A program made the translations under genes and the position numbers. From Octopus bimaculoides (taxonomy: Eukaryota), in contig NC_068991.1 of NCBI RefSeq assembly GCF_001194135.2, positions 42,706,689 to 42,770,688 of the forward strand: 64,000 bases of DNA. The letters are read 5' to 3'. The first letter of the stretch is position 1, and every line of letters starts with the position of its first letter. The notes under the pieces were generated by a model, which worked only from the letters and a program-made list of their open reading frames with translations, did not search any database and had not been told where the DNA came from. This document shows, one piece after another, positions 1 to 13,074 of the stretch.

Positions 1-108
1 GTCTTCAACAACAACTGCAACAATAATATTCGACACTAACAGCACAATGTCAACAGCAACAACTACATTAACTGCAGCAACAGTACCATTATCGATAACA
101 ACAACAAT

Positions 109-489
109 GTTGGCACTCCGTCGTTTACAACGTCGAGGGTTCCAGTTGATCCAATCAATGGAACAGCCTGCTCGTAAAATTAACATGCAAGTGGCTGAGC
201 ACTCCACAGACACGTATACCCTTAACATAGTTCTCGGGGATATTCAGCGTGACACAGTGTGACAAGGCTGACCCTTTGAATTACAGGCACAACAGAAACA
301 GGAAGTAAGAGTGAGAGAAAGCTGTGGTGAAAGAGTACAGCAGGGTTCGCCTCCATCCCCTGCCGAAGCTTCATGGAGCTTTAGGTGTTTTCACTCAATA
401 AACACTCACAATGCCCGGTCTGGGAATCGAAACCGCGATCCTATGACCGTAAGTCCACTGCCCTAACCACTGGGCTATTGCGCCTCCAC
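109..489 (-). mobile_element. tRNA-derived SINE, family A, near full length
   Basis: Minus strand starts GTGGAGGCGCAATAGCCCAGTGGTTAGGGCAG: A-box TAGCCCAGTGG (467-477) and B-box GGTTTCGATTCCC (422-434). The body recurs at 905-1175, 5285-5470, 45575-45885 and 56140-56455; it ends in an AAC/GTT-type tail. Confidence 0.85.
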
Positions 490-639
490 ACAACAACAAC
501 AATAGCTGTAACAAAAAAAAGGCAATGTCCTCACACATGAAATAAACTCCAAAATGAGAAATAATAACCAAATTCCTTCTAATCACACCATATTGTTTCA
601 GAAACAATGAAGTAAATTGAAAATCTAGTTATAGATATA

Positions 640-895
640 AAAAAAATACATGATGGTCATGGCTGGAAAGCCTTCAGACATAGCAGCAAGACCATAAAGG
701 AATATTTACAAGCCTTCTCCTGAAGCCGCTAGAAATAGCAGTTAAATCCATCTTAAAGAAAGGATGTTTTGGATAATATAGTCCTACATTGGATATTACT
801 GAAAAATGATGGGCTATTCACAGAGAGGACACTTTTGGCCATAAATCTGCTTAATTGGAGCAGACATGCCATTAAACAACAATAACAACAACAAT
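640..895 (+). repeat. Interspersed repeat family H with (AAC)n tail
   Basis: Motif tagaaatagcag...atcttaaa...ggataat recurs at 47130-47320, 47440-47665 and 48130-48320, and partly at 51690-51790 in reverse. Confidence 0.55.
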
Positions 896-904
896 CATTA
901 ACCA

Positions 905-1905
905 GCACTCTATCAGTTATATTGATGAGTGTTCCAATCAATGGAACAGCCTGCTCGTGAAATTAACATGCAAGTGGCTAATCACTCCACAAACACACAC
1001 ACCCTTAACATAGTTCTCAGGGGGATTCAACATGACGCAGACTGTGACAAGGCTGGCCCTTTGAATTACAGATGCAACTCATTTTTGCTAGCTGAGTGGA
1101 CTGGAACAACACGAAATAAAATGTCTTGCTCAAGGACACAACATGCCACTTGAAATCAAACTCATGACCTTATGATGATGATCATCATCATCGTCGTTTA
1201 ACGTCCGCTTTCCATGCTAGCATGGGTTGGACGATTTGACTGAGGACTGGTGAAACCAGATGGCTACACCAGGCTCCAATCTGATTTGGCAGAGTTTCTA
1301 CAGTTGGATGCCCTTCCTAACGCCAACCACTCAGAGAGTGTAGTGGGTGCTTTTACGTGCCACCGGCACGAAGGCCAGTCAGGCGGTACTGGCAACGGCC
1401 ACGCTCAAAATGGTGTATTTTATGTGCCACCCGCACAAGAGCCAGTCCAGGGGCACTGGCAACAATCTCGCTCGAAAGTCCTTACACATGCCGCGGGCAC
1501 AAGTGCCAGAAAGGCAACGCTGGGCACAGGTGCCATCACAATTTCGCTTTCGCTTGCCCCAATAAGTCTTCGCAAGCTGAGTTTCGTGTCCAATGAGGGA
1601 GATGACGTTGGCATGGGTGCCAGACATCAAATTCAACTCGATTTCGATTTCACTTGCCTCAACAGGTCTTCGCAAGTGGAGTTTAGTGTCCAATTTAACT
1701 CGATTTCGATTTCACTTGCCTCAAAAGGTCTTTGCAAGTGGAGTTTAGTGTCCAATGAAGGAAGGAAGGTACGCATAAGTGGACTGGCTGAGGCCTTAGA
1801 TTTAGGTCTCACTTGGCTTGCCAGGTCTTCTCATGCACAGCATATTTCCAATTAATCATGAGCTGAATATCCTAACCACTAAGCCATGTGCCTTCACAAC
1901 AGTAA
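905..1905 (-). mobile_element. SINE family A copy split by a repeat C insertion
   Basis: Body at 905-1175 matches 109-290; the head remainder (catgagctgaatatcctaaccactaagccatgtgccttcac) resumes at about 1856-1905. Confidence 0.7.
1178..1850 (-). mobile_element. Repeat C (RTE LINE 3' UTR) with internal degenerate repeats
   Basis: (CAT)n tail + cgtttaacgtccgctttccatgctagcatgggttgg + ggatgcccttcctaacgccaacc; the same block occurs many times in the window. Confidence 0.8.
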
Positions 1906-2265
1906 CAATAACAGCAAAATAACAGAAACAGTACCACTATCAATAACAACAACTGCAGTAAAAACAGTAGCATCAGCAACAACAACTACACCAGTAACAT
2001 CAGCGGCAGTAACAACTGGAGCACCAATAGCAGAAGTAACAATGATAATAGTAAAAATAGAAACAGTAATAGCACCACCACCAGCAAAAGCAGCTACAAC
2101 ATAGCTCTAGCAACAGCCACAACAGTAGCTCAAGCTACAACAACAACTCCAGTAGCAACAACAACACTAACAACAGTAGTACCAACAACCATAAGAACTC
2201 CAACTACAACAACAACACTAACAACAACAGCAACAACAACAACAACAACAACAACAACATTAACA
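1905..2265. repeat. Degenerate (AAC/AGC)n low-complexity array
   Basis: Runs of acaacaaca, agcaaca and gtagca trinucleotide variants. Confidence 0.8.
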
Positions 2266-2329
2266 TTTCCGGTAGTATTCTGCTGCTTTCCCATTGTGAT
2301 TACTGGAATGTTTTCTTAAGATTTTAGAC

Positions 2330-3700
2330 TTAAATACATGGCTACTGCGTTGAAAACAGTTTTATGTTGAAGGTGCTTAGTTGCTTGTTTGAACAGGGTG
2401 AATGACTACATAGAATCTCTCTCCACTGACATCCACTGCATGGCTTTACTGTACAAGATAATTCCAGAACAGTCTAGAGCATGGCAACATACCCAGGATG
2501 CCAAACCTATGATCCATTCCCTAAGTCAAACATCTTTATGCAATCAGTCTTCTCAAACAAAATTTGAAAGGATTATTCAATAATAGCTGCTTCAGTAGCA
2601 AGGAAATTCTGATGAAGATGATGATGATGATGATTGCTTTTTTCTGGTTCAAGATGATACATTGTGGGATTACATAAAAGAGCATGTAAAAATGAGAATA
2701 ACAGTACCAAAAAAATTCTAAACATAATTCTTGAAAAGTGGGGAGACCTCCAAGGGCTACTTATAGAAGTCCCACCAAGTTATGGTCACTCTGACCTTCA
2801 AGGCAAGTGCCCTTTCCTTGTTCTTCTCCTTCAATCTACAGATGTATGCCAAAAGCAGGCCTATTCAATCAAACAATACTGGCTATTATCATCCACTTTT
2901 CAACAAATTTGCTGGGAAATAGTACCTCCTTCTCTGCCTTTACTTTTTTTTTTTTTTTCAGGTAAGACTTGAGAAAGTTGATAAAGGCCTAGCCAAATGG
3001 GAAAGTGTCTGTCTTCAGCCTCTTTCAGTCTGGGTCTTTGCTAAAGCCACCAAACAGATAGGGATTGCCTGTCCTTCCCAGCCAAAGCAAGGTGAAGGGA
3101 TGAAGCTCACAATGAAGTCAGCCGATAGCAGGATATGTCCTACATGTGGCAGTAAGTATTCAACATAATTTTACAAGGTAGCAACATCTGGGCACTGGAC
3201 CAGATGTGCAGAACAAAGTTGTCACTTTGCACACATCTTCTATAAGTATTTTCATGCTTGTAAAATTTATCTCAAAGTGGCAATGTTCCCTGGTATCACT
3301 GTCAAGTCAGAACTTATCTTGAACTTAGCCATGGGCCTCAGCCTGGAAGTCCTCTGCAACAGACTAACAAGTTGCTTTTTGTCAATGACCTGAATTTCTT
3401 CAAGAATTTCATTGCTTTTACCTGCCATCATCCCTCTGTAGAATGCCAACATGGATCATCCATTAACCACATTGCTCAACTGGTAGAGGGTTGTGAGCAC
3501 TTGATGACATTCCAGATTCCAAATGTTTAGCTCTCAGCTAACACCTTGGCCAAAATCTTAAAATTTACATCTAGCAAAGTTATAGGTCAAAATTTAATAT
3601 GACCTCCCTTGTTTGGGTCCTTTCTTAGCAGTACCACCACTCTTCAACTCATAGAACTAAGGGTTCTCCTATTCTGCTGCTAATTCTGGTAGGTATCTGC
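2330..3700 (-). mobile_element. Decayed, internally deleted L1/Tx1-clade LINE ORF2 remnant
   Basis: Minus translation of 3530-3630 gives LRKDPNKGGHIKF*PITLLDVNFKILAKVLAES (RT N-terminal RPITLLNxDxKILAKVLA motif). 3180-3520 gives LECHQVL..AFYRG..QLVSLLQRT..RPM..HLVQCP (Tx1-like C-terminus). Contains stops and frameshifts. Confidence 0.75.
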
Positions 3701-3744
3701 CAAGAAATCTGCCAAGATATGTACCAAGAAGTCTTGTCCAGCAT

Positions 3745-4977
3745 ACTGACAATTCTGCCAGCTCACTGCCTTAACAACAACAATAATAATGGCTTATAAT
3801 TTAAGCACCCAGCCAGTAATTTCAAAAGCGACTAAGTTGATACCATCATTCCAAGTACTTGGTTGGTACATTATTTTATTAACTCCAAAAGAATGAAAGG
3901 AAAACTTGACCCTGGTGGGGTTTGAATTCAGAGTGTAAAGAGCCAGAATAGATACGGCAAAATATTTTTCACAACACTCTAATGATTCTGCCAGCTAACT
4001 CATTTTATTATAATCCTTTCTATTATAAGCCTGAACTTTCTAAATAGGCCTCTATTTCTAAATAGGCCTCTTTCTAAATAGGCCTCTATTACAGGCCTGA
4101 AATTTGTGGAGATGGGAACAGCTGATTAGATCAACTGGTACTTATTTCATTGACCACAAAAGGATGAAAGGCAATGTCAATCTCTGTGGAATTTGAACTC
4201 AAACTGCCAAGCATTGTGCCCAGTATGCTGACGATTCTACCAGCACACCGCCTTCACCACCTTCATGATAATGATAATTTTTTCCTATTATAGTACAAGC
4301 TAGCAGTTTCATTTTTGGTGTGGAGTTAGCTGATTATATCAACACCTATACTTGACTATTACTTTATTTATCAACCCTAAAAGAATGAAAGGTAAAATTG
4401 ACCTTGGTGCCTAAAGAGCTGAAAGAAATGCTGCTAAAAATTTTGTCCAATATGCTCGCAATTCTACCTGCTCATTGCCTTTCATAATAGTAATAATAAT
4501 CCTTTCTATTATAAGCACAAGGACTGAAATTTTTCAGGAGGGGGCTTGTGAATTATGTTGACCCAAGTATTCGATTGGTACTTATTTCATTGACTCCATA
4601 AGGATGAAAGGCAAAGCCTATCTTGGTGGAATTTGAACTCAGAATGTAAAGATGGACAAAATGCTACTAACCATCTTGTCCATTGTTCTAACAATTCTGC
4701 CAGCTTGTCGCCTTAACAACAACAACAACAACAACAACAATAATAATAATATCATCTTAAGATCACACTATCATCTTATCATCAAATTACATTTAAAATA
4801 AACTTTAATTTTCTTATGTTTTGACAGACACTCTCTAGAACAATACTCTGTGCAAAACCAAAAATATGGTACCCTAGTTGTAATACCAACTTGAACTTCT
4901 AACTTGTTGCCTCTTGAGATCTCTGGATGAGGCTTGGAGACAACTTGTACAAATACAAAGCAAAAGCCAAACATATC

Positions 4978-5048
<71 letters not shown>

Positions 5049-5255
5049 CTTAGGTACAAGGCCAGCAATTTCAGGGCAGTGGATTAGTCAATTACAGAGA
5101 CTCCAGTGTTCGACTGGTACTTATTTTATCGCCTTCAAAAGGATGAAAGACAAAGTCAACCTTGGAAGAATTTGAACACAGAACGTAAAGACCGACGAAA
5201 TGCCGTTAAGCACTTTGCTCAGTGCGTTAATGATTCTCCCAGCTTGTCACCTTAA
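3745..5255 (-). mobile_element. Tandem cluster of about 5-6 tRNA-derived SINE family D copies
   Basis: Copies at about 3790-4000, 4010-4265, 4280-4485, 4498-4715 and 5045-5255, plus a head fragment at 3745-3775. Each has ggatgaaaggcaaagt..cctt/cggtggaatttgaactcagaa (B-box GAGTTCAAATTCC on minus) and an (AAT)n or (AAC)n tail. Confidence 0.85.
4978..5047. repeat. (AAT)n microsatellite, tail of a SINE D copy
   Basis: Uninterrupted ata repeats; explains the poly-Ile ORF 4927..5175. Confidence 0.95.
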
Positions 5256-5284
5256 TAATATTAATAATAGTTAATAAATGGATC

Positions 5285-5640
5285 ACTGCCAGTTTCAATG
5301 ATAGGTAATCAGTAGTCCAATCAACTGAACTATCTGCTCATTGAATTAGCCTGTAAGCATCTGAGTTTTCCACAGACATGTTTAACCTCAATGTAATGTT
5401 CAAGCAGGATTAACACGCACATTGCTTGCCTAACAAGGCTGAACCTTTGAATTACAAGTAGAATCTATATGATAGGCTTCCACACAGTTTTTGTCTTCTC
5501 ACTTTTTTTCACAAGGCTAGGATTGATCTGAGTATACAGTAAAAAATACTTGCCCAAGATACCATGCAGTGAGATTGAACCTACAACCATATGATTGGGA
5601 ACCAAACTTCTTAACCATTCAGTCATACTAACTCCACTTC
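5285..5640 (-). mobile_element. Old SINE A body fragment followed by a SINE B head fragment
   Basis: 5285-5470 matches the family A body; 5480-5640 matches the family B head (acttgcccaagataccatgcagtgagattgaacc). Confidence 0.65.
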
Positions 5641-6120
5641 TTCCCTTGCTGTTTTTTTTTTTTTTTTTTTCCTTTTTGCATAAAGAAACATGAAAAGAAA
5701 GAGAACTAATGATCTGAGCTGAATGCTAGCAGCAGAAGAATTTCTGATAAAGACACCTAAGGACCAGGTAGCAATATTAAACTAGATGATGTGTTAGGGG
5801 TTACTATTGAATACTAACAGACTTTTAAGATATCCCTGTGCATTATCCCTTCTGGCATGTAAACACTATCCTTCAAATATCAGTACAATTCCTACTTCAT
5901 AATTAAAGTGATTAGCACTTAGATTGGGGAATCAACTGAAGCACAGTAAGTAACTGAATTGTTCCTCAGTACATCACTAGTACTTGTTATACCCATTATT
6001 AGTTTTAATCAGTAAAACACCCCAATTTCTGAACTAGAGTGAGAGGAAGATCATAACATAAGCTTATACATTGTTTTATACAATAAATCTCAAGTGTTTA
6101 AGTGATACAATACTATTCTT

Positions 6121-6207
6121 ATGTAATCAAATATGGTGTAATCAATATAGTGTAATCAATATGATGTAATCAATATGATGTAATCAATATGATGTAATCA
6201 ATATGGT
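6121..6207. repeat. 14-bp minisatellite (TGTAATCAATATGA) x about 6
   Basis: Direct tandem repeats read from the sequence. Confidence 0.9.
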
Positions 6208-7279
6208 AAGAATAAAACCTCAACAAACCAAATCTTTGGTTTGATTTTGATTCCCATTTTAAATATCCCATTTGACTAATATTGTAAATCTATAACTTTA
6301 GCCATCATCTCTTCAAGACTGTCTTGCTCTTGTCACACTTTATAATGTCAAACTCTTAAGTGGTGCTCTAATAACCTAATAAGAGTTGCTGGATTTTTTT
6401 TTTTTTCTCACGCTATATTTACAAATAGTGCAAAGTACATGATATAAATATAAATAATGACTTAGATTCTTATGCTAAAAGTATTTCATTAGCTATGATG
6501 CATTTAGATCTGAGAAATGTAAGAAACCAAAACAGATACTGTAAATATTTTGTCTGGTGTTCATATTATCTCTAAAAAACCCCAAAACCACACGATAAAT
6601 AAAAATGAGAAAATAAAATTGAAAAATGGTAACTCAAAAGCAAAAATGAAAAAGGAAAAAAAACCCTTCAAAATAAAATAAATCATTAAACAGGATACAG
6701 TTCTTGAATGTTCTCTAGTCAAATATAAAATAAACCTTATCTTAAATCTGTATTTATAAACTTCTCATGTTGACCTACTTCTTTCTTTTTTGTTTTGTTT
6801 TATATCTTTTCTGAAGAGTGAAACCTGTTGTCAAAAACAAGATGTCAGACCAATATGGTAATGGAAAATTGGTTCCAGTTCTTTAAGAATTTCTCTTTTA
6901 TTAGTGGGTAATTCTTTCCTAACTTCTTTAGTGATTCTTCTCAAACACAACAATCATTAGTTGCTTATTGATACTTTATTGATACTTTATGGAAGAAGAG
7001 TCAAACTTATGTAAAGAAGTTAATTATGTTACTGTGGGTTTGATAAATGCACAAATTTTAAAGTATTTAAATGAATTATTTTTATACCATCATACACATA
7101 CATATACATACTCATACATACACAGGTGGTTTATTCTTCAATCCACATGTATATACATATACATAATCACATATACACATAATTGTTTATTCCTCTTTTA
7201 CACTAATCCACAAATATGAACATACTCTCACACATATACATCATGATGGCTTCTCTTTGACACCAGCCCACACATAGAA

Positions 7280-7303
7280 CACATACATACTCGCACACAC
7301 ACG

Positions 7304-7337
<34 letters not shown>

Positions 7338-7590
7338 TGCACGCACACACACATGCACACACACACACACACACAGACACACACACACACACTTTTTCTC
7401 TAGTCAGAGCAGATACACAAACCATTGTTCACAGTGAATTATTTTCTGATATTTCCTTTGTTTTAAACATTTGTGTGTGTATGCGTGCATGCGTGTGTGT
7501 GTGTGTGTGCATGTGTGTGTGTTTGTGCACACATGTATGTGTGTGTGTACGCATGTGTGTGTTTATGCACACATGTATGTGTGTGTGTGG
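7280..7590. repeat. (CA)n and (TG)n compound microsatellites in opposite orientation
   Basis: CA-rich 7280-7395 and TG-rich 7470-7590, separated by about 75 bp. Confidence 0.9.
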
Positions 7591-9694
7591 TTTATAAAAT
7601 TACAAGTTGACATAGGGGAGGTGGAGCAGAAGATATATTAGACAGAAGATGTATTAAACTCAGCGAACCACAATATTTGGTTTTGTCAGTATACTTTCCG
7701 AGTTAAAATCCCATTAGAATAGAACTGATTTTTATCTTCATCTCTAAGAGATCAATAAAATAAATAACAGTAATATTCTAAGACTTAGCCAAGTATCCTT
7801 TCCCTTTCAAAAGTTTCTCTTGTAACCTCATCAACAGAAACTGTTGGACCGTTAGCTACTTTCAGCTGCACTCATGGGACTATATGTACAGTGAAAGCCC
7901 ATCTTTGACTCTGTTAAGAAAACTACATGAAACATATGCCTGGATTGCTCCCACAGCTGTTGAGGCATGTCTTGATCTGCATGGTCATGGTTCAAATCAA
8001 TGCTTATAATATGCACCAGTTCTGTTACAAACTATGAGAGCCTGATAGAACATGTTTATATTTCAAACTATGGGAGCCTGGTAGAGCATATGTATTTATC
8101 TCTATGACTTCCTGTTGCTAGATGGGTATCCAAAGATTTGACATTCCATTTCTATGCTTCAGGTTATCTCTGACTTTAAAATGGAGCAGAGACCAATCAG
8201 CTAAATGTAGGTCATTGATATTTTATCCAGATATGTTCTAAACTCACCCACACACACTCCACATTTTAGCTGTGGCCATGGTGGCTTTTGAATCAACTTG
8301 GTATTTAAAATAATTATATACACTGCAAAATAAAAGTTTAAACATCCAACCAGCATGTACACTGTGAAATACTGTTGGGAAATATCAATAAGGCATCGGA
8401 CAAATGTCCCAACCTAACTTTAAACAAAAGCACTATTCTTTGGACTAAATTCAAAACAGAATGTCAATTTTTTTAATTGAGAAAATGAAATAATTGAAAT
8501 CAGGTCAAAACTAAATTGATTAAAAAAAAAACAAAACAGAAAGTAAAAAAAGACAGAACAAAAACAAAGGCAAAAAAAAAAAATTTAAATAGAAGACATT
8601 TTACAAATTCATTATCATGTTTAAGAACCTGATGCTTTAAGAATTTATCATTTGACAATTTCAAATACCAAGCATTAAATACAGAGTGAATAACTGAAAT
8701 ACTGCATTTCTCACGTTTAATGTTTTGGTCGTCTTTGACCCAACTAATGCTTGCATTGACATTTGTGAGTGAGCTAGGAACTGTGTATTCTTGCTTTTGT
8801 GTCACTTTATTTCACAGTGGTTTGACCTCATTTGAGTGGAAATGACATAACAAAGGCTATTTAACAGTGAGGGGCAAGTGTAAGCTATTTAAGAGATAAA
8901 TGTGAGTGGTGACTGTCTCTTTACTTCTCTCTTCAGTCATTACAGGAAGCTAACTTTGGTGTTAAAAAGATACACATTAGATAAAACACAGTTAACATCA
9001 CACAAGGGAGAAGTTATTGTTGTACGTGATCAGTGAGGAAGGAAACAAAACAAAAAATAAAAGTCGAAATATTCCCATTTATACAAAAAAAAAATTAAAA
9101 ACACAAAAGAAGAAACAACCCAGATTGGCTGTTTTATTTTATTTTACTGATTCATGAACAATATATATCAGGAGACTTAGTTTTATATTGTTTTTATTCT
9201 TTCTATTTTTCTATTTTATTCTGAATTATTACTTCCCATTTTTCTCTCAATCAAACATAAATTTCAAAGTAAATTTAAATTTTTATTTTTTTATATATAG
9301 ATTTATAATCTATAGAGTAACAAAAAACAAAATTAGAGAAAAAATAGTTGATAAAACAATGAAATAAATGTAATTTTATCAAAATATGATTAACATATAA
9401 ATCTAAACAAAACAAAAAAAGAAAGTTTGATGTGCAGCAACTCAACAGATAGAAAAATATTTTTATCAGCTTTATCTCAGGTTGGTGATCTGAGTTGACA
9501 CTATGATTTATTTGCAAATGGTTTGATTAAGAAAGAGGAAACCAGTGGAACTCAAATGTAAATATTCTACACTCCTAATATGGCATCCTGCAATTGACCA
9601 AGATAACAAAATCTTAACACATCAGCTGTAGGGTCAATGATTCAAGAGTCAACAGGTTACATTTCATCACCGGTATATTAAGTCATAATCGTCA

Positions 9695-10205
9695 CTTCTA
9701 TGTTCACTTTTCCATACTTATGTGGCACAGACAGAATTTATTGAGGTAGATTTTCGATGGATGGATGATTTTCCTGTCACCAACCATCACAATGTTTTCA
9801 AGCAAAATAATATTTCCTCATGACAAGACATATTTTCCATTGAAGAGTGGAAATTTATAAAATTTGTATGATGATCATACTTGTTTGCAACAATCACATA
9901 TCAAGACAAGGTAACATGCACACACCTACTCTGTCTGTCTGTCTTTTTCTTTCCCTCTCTCACACCTCTCTCTCTCCCTCACACACGCATGTATGTACGC
10001 ACACACAAACTCACACACACATACACACATACTACACACATTCTATTTTTTAGCTTCTGTCTACCAAATCTACTTACAAGGCTTCGGTGAGCTTGGAGCA
10101 ATAGAAGACACTTACCTAAAATGCCACACTGTCGAACTGAACCTGGAACCACATAGTTGGAAAGTACACACCTTAACCACAAAGCCATGCTTGTACCTAT
10201 AGCCA
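9695..10205 (-). mobile_element. SINE B2 (family B head with alternative body and C-like RTE tail)
   Basis: Head (ccacaaagccatgc; gaacctggaaccacatagttgg) at 10050-10200; body and C-like tail at 9695-9920; homologous to 11935-12390. Confidence 0.7.
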
Positions 10206-10807
10206 TGCTTGGGCATTAATAATGAAACAATTTAGATCTATCTGACTCAGGGACATAAAACTATGTAACTGCATGTATTATGTCTATAATTATCACAGTC
10301 TATGCATGTATTAACACCAGATTTACTACATTTCACCCATTGAGAAATATATTTCCCAAAAATTAAGTCCAGTTGCTGAACTTTGTTCATCTAACTGAAT
10401 ATGAAATGAAGATATATGAGAGAAACAATTCAGTACAGTAAACAATAGTTGGTTAAACCTTCATATATTCACTTTCATTGCTGGATGTTATATTTCTTCC
10501 TCTTGAATTCAATAGAGCCAATCCTTCACTGCTAGAGACTAGGAAAAGTTGAGCAATGGCCTCTATTTCTCATACGTATGAAATAAATATGCCATTGAAC
10601 AAAATTCCAATGTTGACTAATAATACCAAAAGAAATAGAAGTGGGTGGAAAGGCCACAAATTCATACGGGTTGGGTATGGTTGACTTTATATTAATACTC
10701 ATTATAACAGTTGGACTTATTTGTATTTGAATTTGTAAACATCTAAAGTTCATTCACAGGCTTGTTGTTTGTTGATGAGGTTCTCCTTTTTAATCTTTCA
10801 TTTTACT

Positions 10808-11039
10808 TTCTTTTTACTTGTTTCAGTCATTTGACTGTGGCCATGCTGGAGCACCGCCTTTAGTTGAGCAAATCGACACCAGGACTTATTCTTTGTAAGC
10901 CTAGTACTTATTCTATCAATCACTTTTGCCGAACCACTAAGTTACGGGAACGTAAACAAACACCAGCATCGGTTGTCAAGTGATGTTGGGGAGACAAACA
11001 CAGACACACAAACATATACACACACAAACATACACACAC

Positions 11040-11090
<51 letters not shown>

Positions 11091-11253
11091 CATATATACA
11101 ATGGGCTTCTTTCAGTTTCCGTCTACCAAATCCACTCACAAGGCTTTGGTCGGCCCGAGGCTATAGTAGAAGACACTTGCCCAAGGTGCCACGTAGTGGG
11201 ACTGAACCCGGAACCATGTGGTTTGTGAGCAAGCTACTTACCACACAGCCACG
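10808..11253 (-). mobile_element. tRNA-derived SINE family B, near full length, young
   Basis: Minus head GTGGCTGTGTGGTAAGTAGCTTG..CCGGGTTCAGTCCC (A/B boxes), CORE-like CCTTGGGCAAGTGTCTTCTACTATAGCC, internal (TG)n, and tail ..GACTGAAACAAGTAAAAAAG. Confidence 0.9.
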
Positions 11254-11611
11254 TGCAATTTTTTTCTTTAATTTTGTTTTACTGTTATTGTTTTTCATTG
11301 GAACACAAGAAGAAGAAATTCTAGAAGCTCCTGTGCAACAGCTGCATCACCATATAATGGAAAAGTTCTCAGGAAAGTGAAGTACTTCCATACCATTTTT
11401 ATTAGTTACAAAGATTATATAACAATACATAAACATATTCAACACATTAATTACAGACAAACCCAAAACTCATTAAAAATGAATGAATCTAACATAAAAT
11501 ATATTACAAGAATCAAATGTACCCCAGGTATAGAATAGCAGAACCTCTTCCTCCTCCTCCTTTTGTTTTACATCTATTTTTTCCTATACTAGAATGGGTT
11601 GGATAAATATA

Positions 11612-11742
11612 TTACTGAGGCAATATTTGACAGTCAGTTACCCTCCTTGTCACAAACCCTTCCCTTTTTCTCAGTTTTGGGTTATCTAATTTCACAGATC
11701 TTTGAAGATTACCATTTGACAGGGGAAATGACAGAAATGTCA
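11612..11742 (-). CDS. Candidate terminal coding exon of an unidentified gene
   Basis: Acceptor ctcacctattgcag; phase-1 entry reads (V)TFLSFPLSNGNLQRSVKLDNPKLRKREGFVTRRVTDCQILPQ* (TAA at 11612-11614). U-rich sequence follows, with AATAAA near 11400. Phase is compatible with the 17874-17961 exon. No homology recognised. Confidence 0.25.
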
Positions 11743-11934
11743 CTGCAATAGGTGAGCAATTTTTCGGAGAAATGCAAATATAAACAAACACATAAACACA
11801 CACATATGCACTTTCTTTCTCTCTCTCTCTCTCTCTCTCTCACACATACACACACAAATGCACACATGCATGCGTGCACACACGCACTCACGCACACACA
11901 CACACACACACATACACACACAAAATATATAGCT

Positions 11935-12390
11935 GTGCAGGCATAGTTGTGAAGTGTAGGCTTAGCTCTGTGGTAAGAAGTTTGCTTCCCAACCACATAG
12001 TTTCAGGTTCAGTTCCACTGTGAGGCACCTTGGGCATTTGTCTTCTACTACAGCCCTAGGTCAGCCAAAACTTTTGTAAGTGAATTTGGTATGTGTGTGT
12101 GTGTGTGTGTGTGCATGTGTTACTGTGTCCTTGTCATGAGTGGGTGAGATAGTTGGAAACAAGTGTCACCATCATACAAGTAATGTCCTTCATTTCTAAT
12201 CTTCTGTGAAAACATGTTTGGTCATGGAGAAATATTATCTCACATTGAAACAGGTGAGTGTTCATGACAGGAAGAGCATCCAGCCATAGAAAATCTGCCT
12301 CAACAAATTCTGTCTGATCCATGCAAGTGGATGTTAAAAACAATGATGATGATGAGGATTATGATGATGATGATGATGAGATAATGATGA
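11935..12390 (+). mobile_element. SINE B2 with RTE-like (C) tail and (GAT)n
   Basis: B head at 11935-12090, then ...caggaagagcatccagccatagaaaatctgcc...gttaaaaacaatgatgatgat. Confidence 0.75.
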
Positions 12391-13074
12391 TGACGATGAT
12401 GATGGTGATATGTTTTTTTTCATTATTTTATTACTTATTTTTTAGGAATTATTTCTCTTACTTTGATTTAAATGGTTTGATCTTTTACATATTTCCATGC
12501 ATATTTTTTTCCACATCCGTACAAGTTTTGAAATTGAATTTTATGTTTTATTTTGCTCATGATTTTTTTCAGTGTATGTGTGTATGTGTGCTTTGTTTTT
12601 TTTTTGTTCTTTTTTTATTTATTTTCTTTCTACCTTCCATCAATAATACCTTTACTTCTCTCTCTATCTAATATCTCAATCTACTACACGCTTTCTAATT
12701 GTGTCCACCTTCCCCATAAACTGTGTTTGTCTAACCATAGTTGATAAAAATTGTCAATTGTAGCCATTAACATCTTTTAACTTAGTTCCCATCTCCTCTT
12801 CTTTCCCTTTCTTTTTCTTTTTCTTCACTCTTTCCTTTTGTCTTTCTCTTTCTTCTTCTTTTATCTCTGCTTGCAATTACCCCTTCATTGTAGTAAGCAT
12901 ATTTATTTACTTAACAATTTAGTTTTGAATTTATTGTTTACTTGTTTTTCATTATATTCATTTGCACTTGTCTTAATTTTTAATTTTAATTTTTATCTTT
13001 TCTGAAACATTTTTCTTAAACTCTTCATTTCCAAGAGGGCTTTTATCTTTTGCTATAATTATTATACCTATTTG

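Noticed and set aside
410-489. Apparent tRNA gene (Arg-like, minus strand)
   Set aside because: Has A/B boxes but continues directly into a multi-copy SINE body, with no properly paired acceptor stem or poly-T terminator; it is a SINE head. The same applies to the other tRNA-like heads.
1250-1855. 201-aa ORF
   Set aside because: Lies wholly in repeat C on the antisense strand of an RTE UTR; similar peptides recur in other C copies, with no domain.
11698-11751. Plus-strand 54-nt exon with good splice sites (IFEDYHLTGEMTEMSLQ*)
   Set aside because: The only open frame ends in a stop at the donor, there are no supporting plus-strand partners, and it overlaps the minus-strand candidate. Not excluded, but unsupported.
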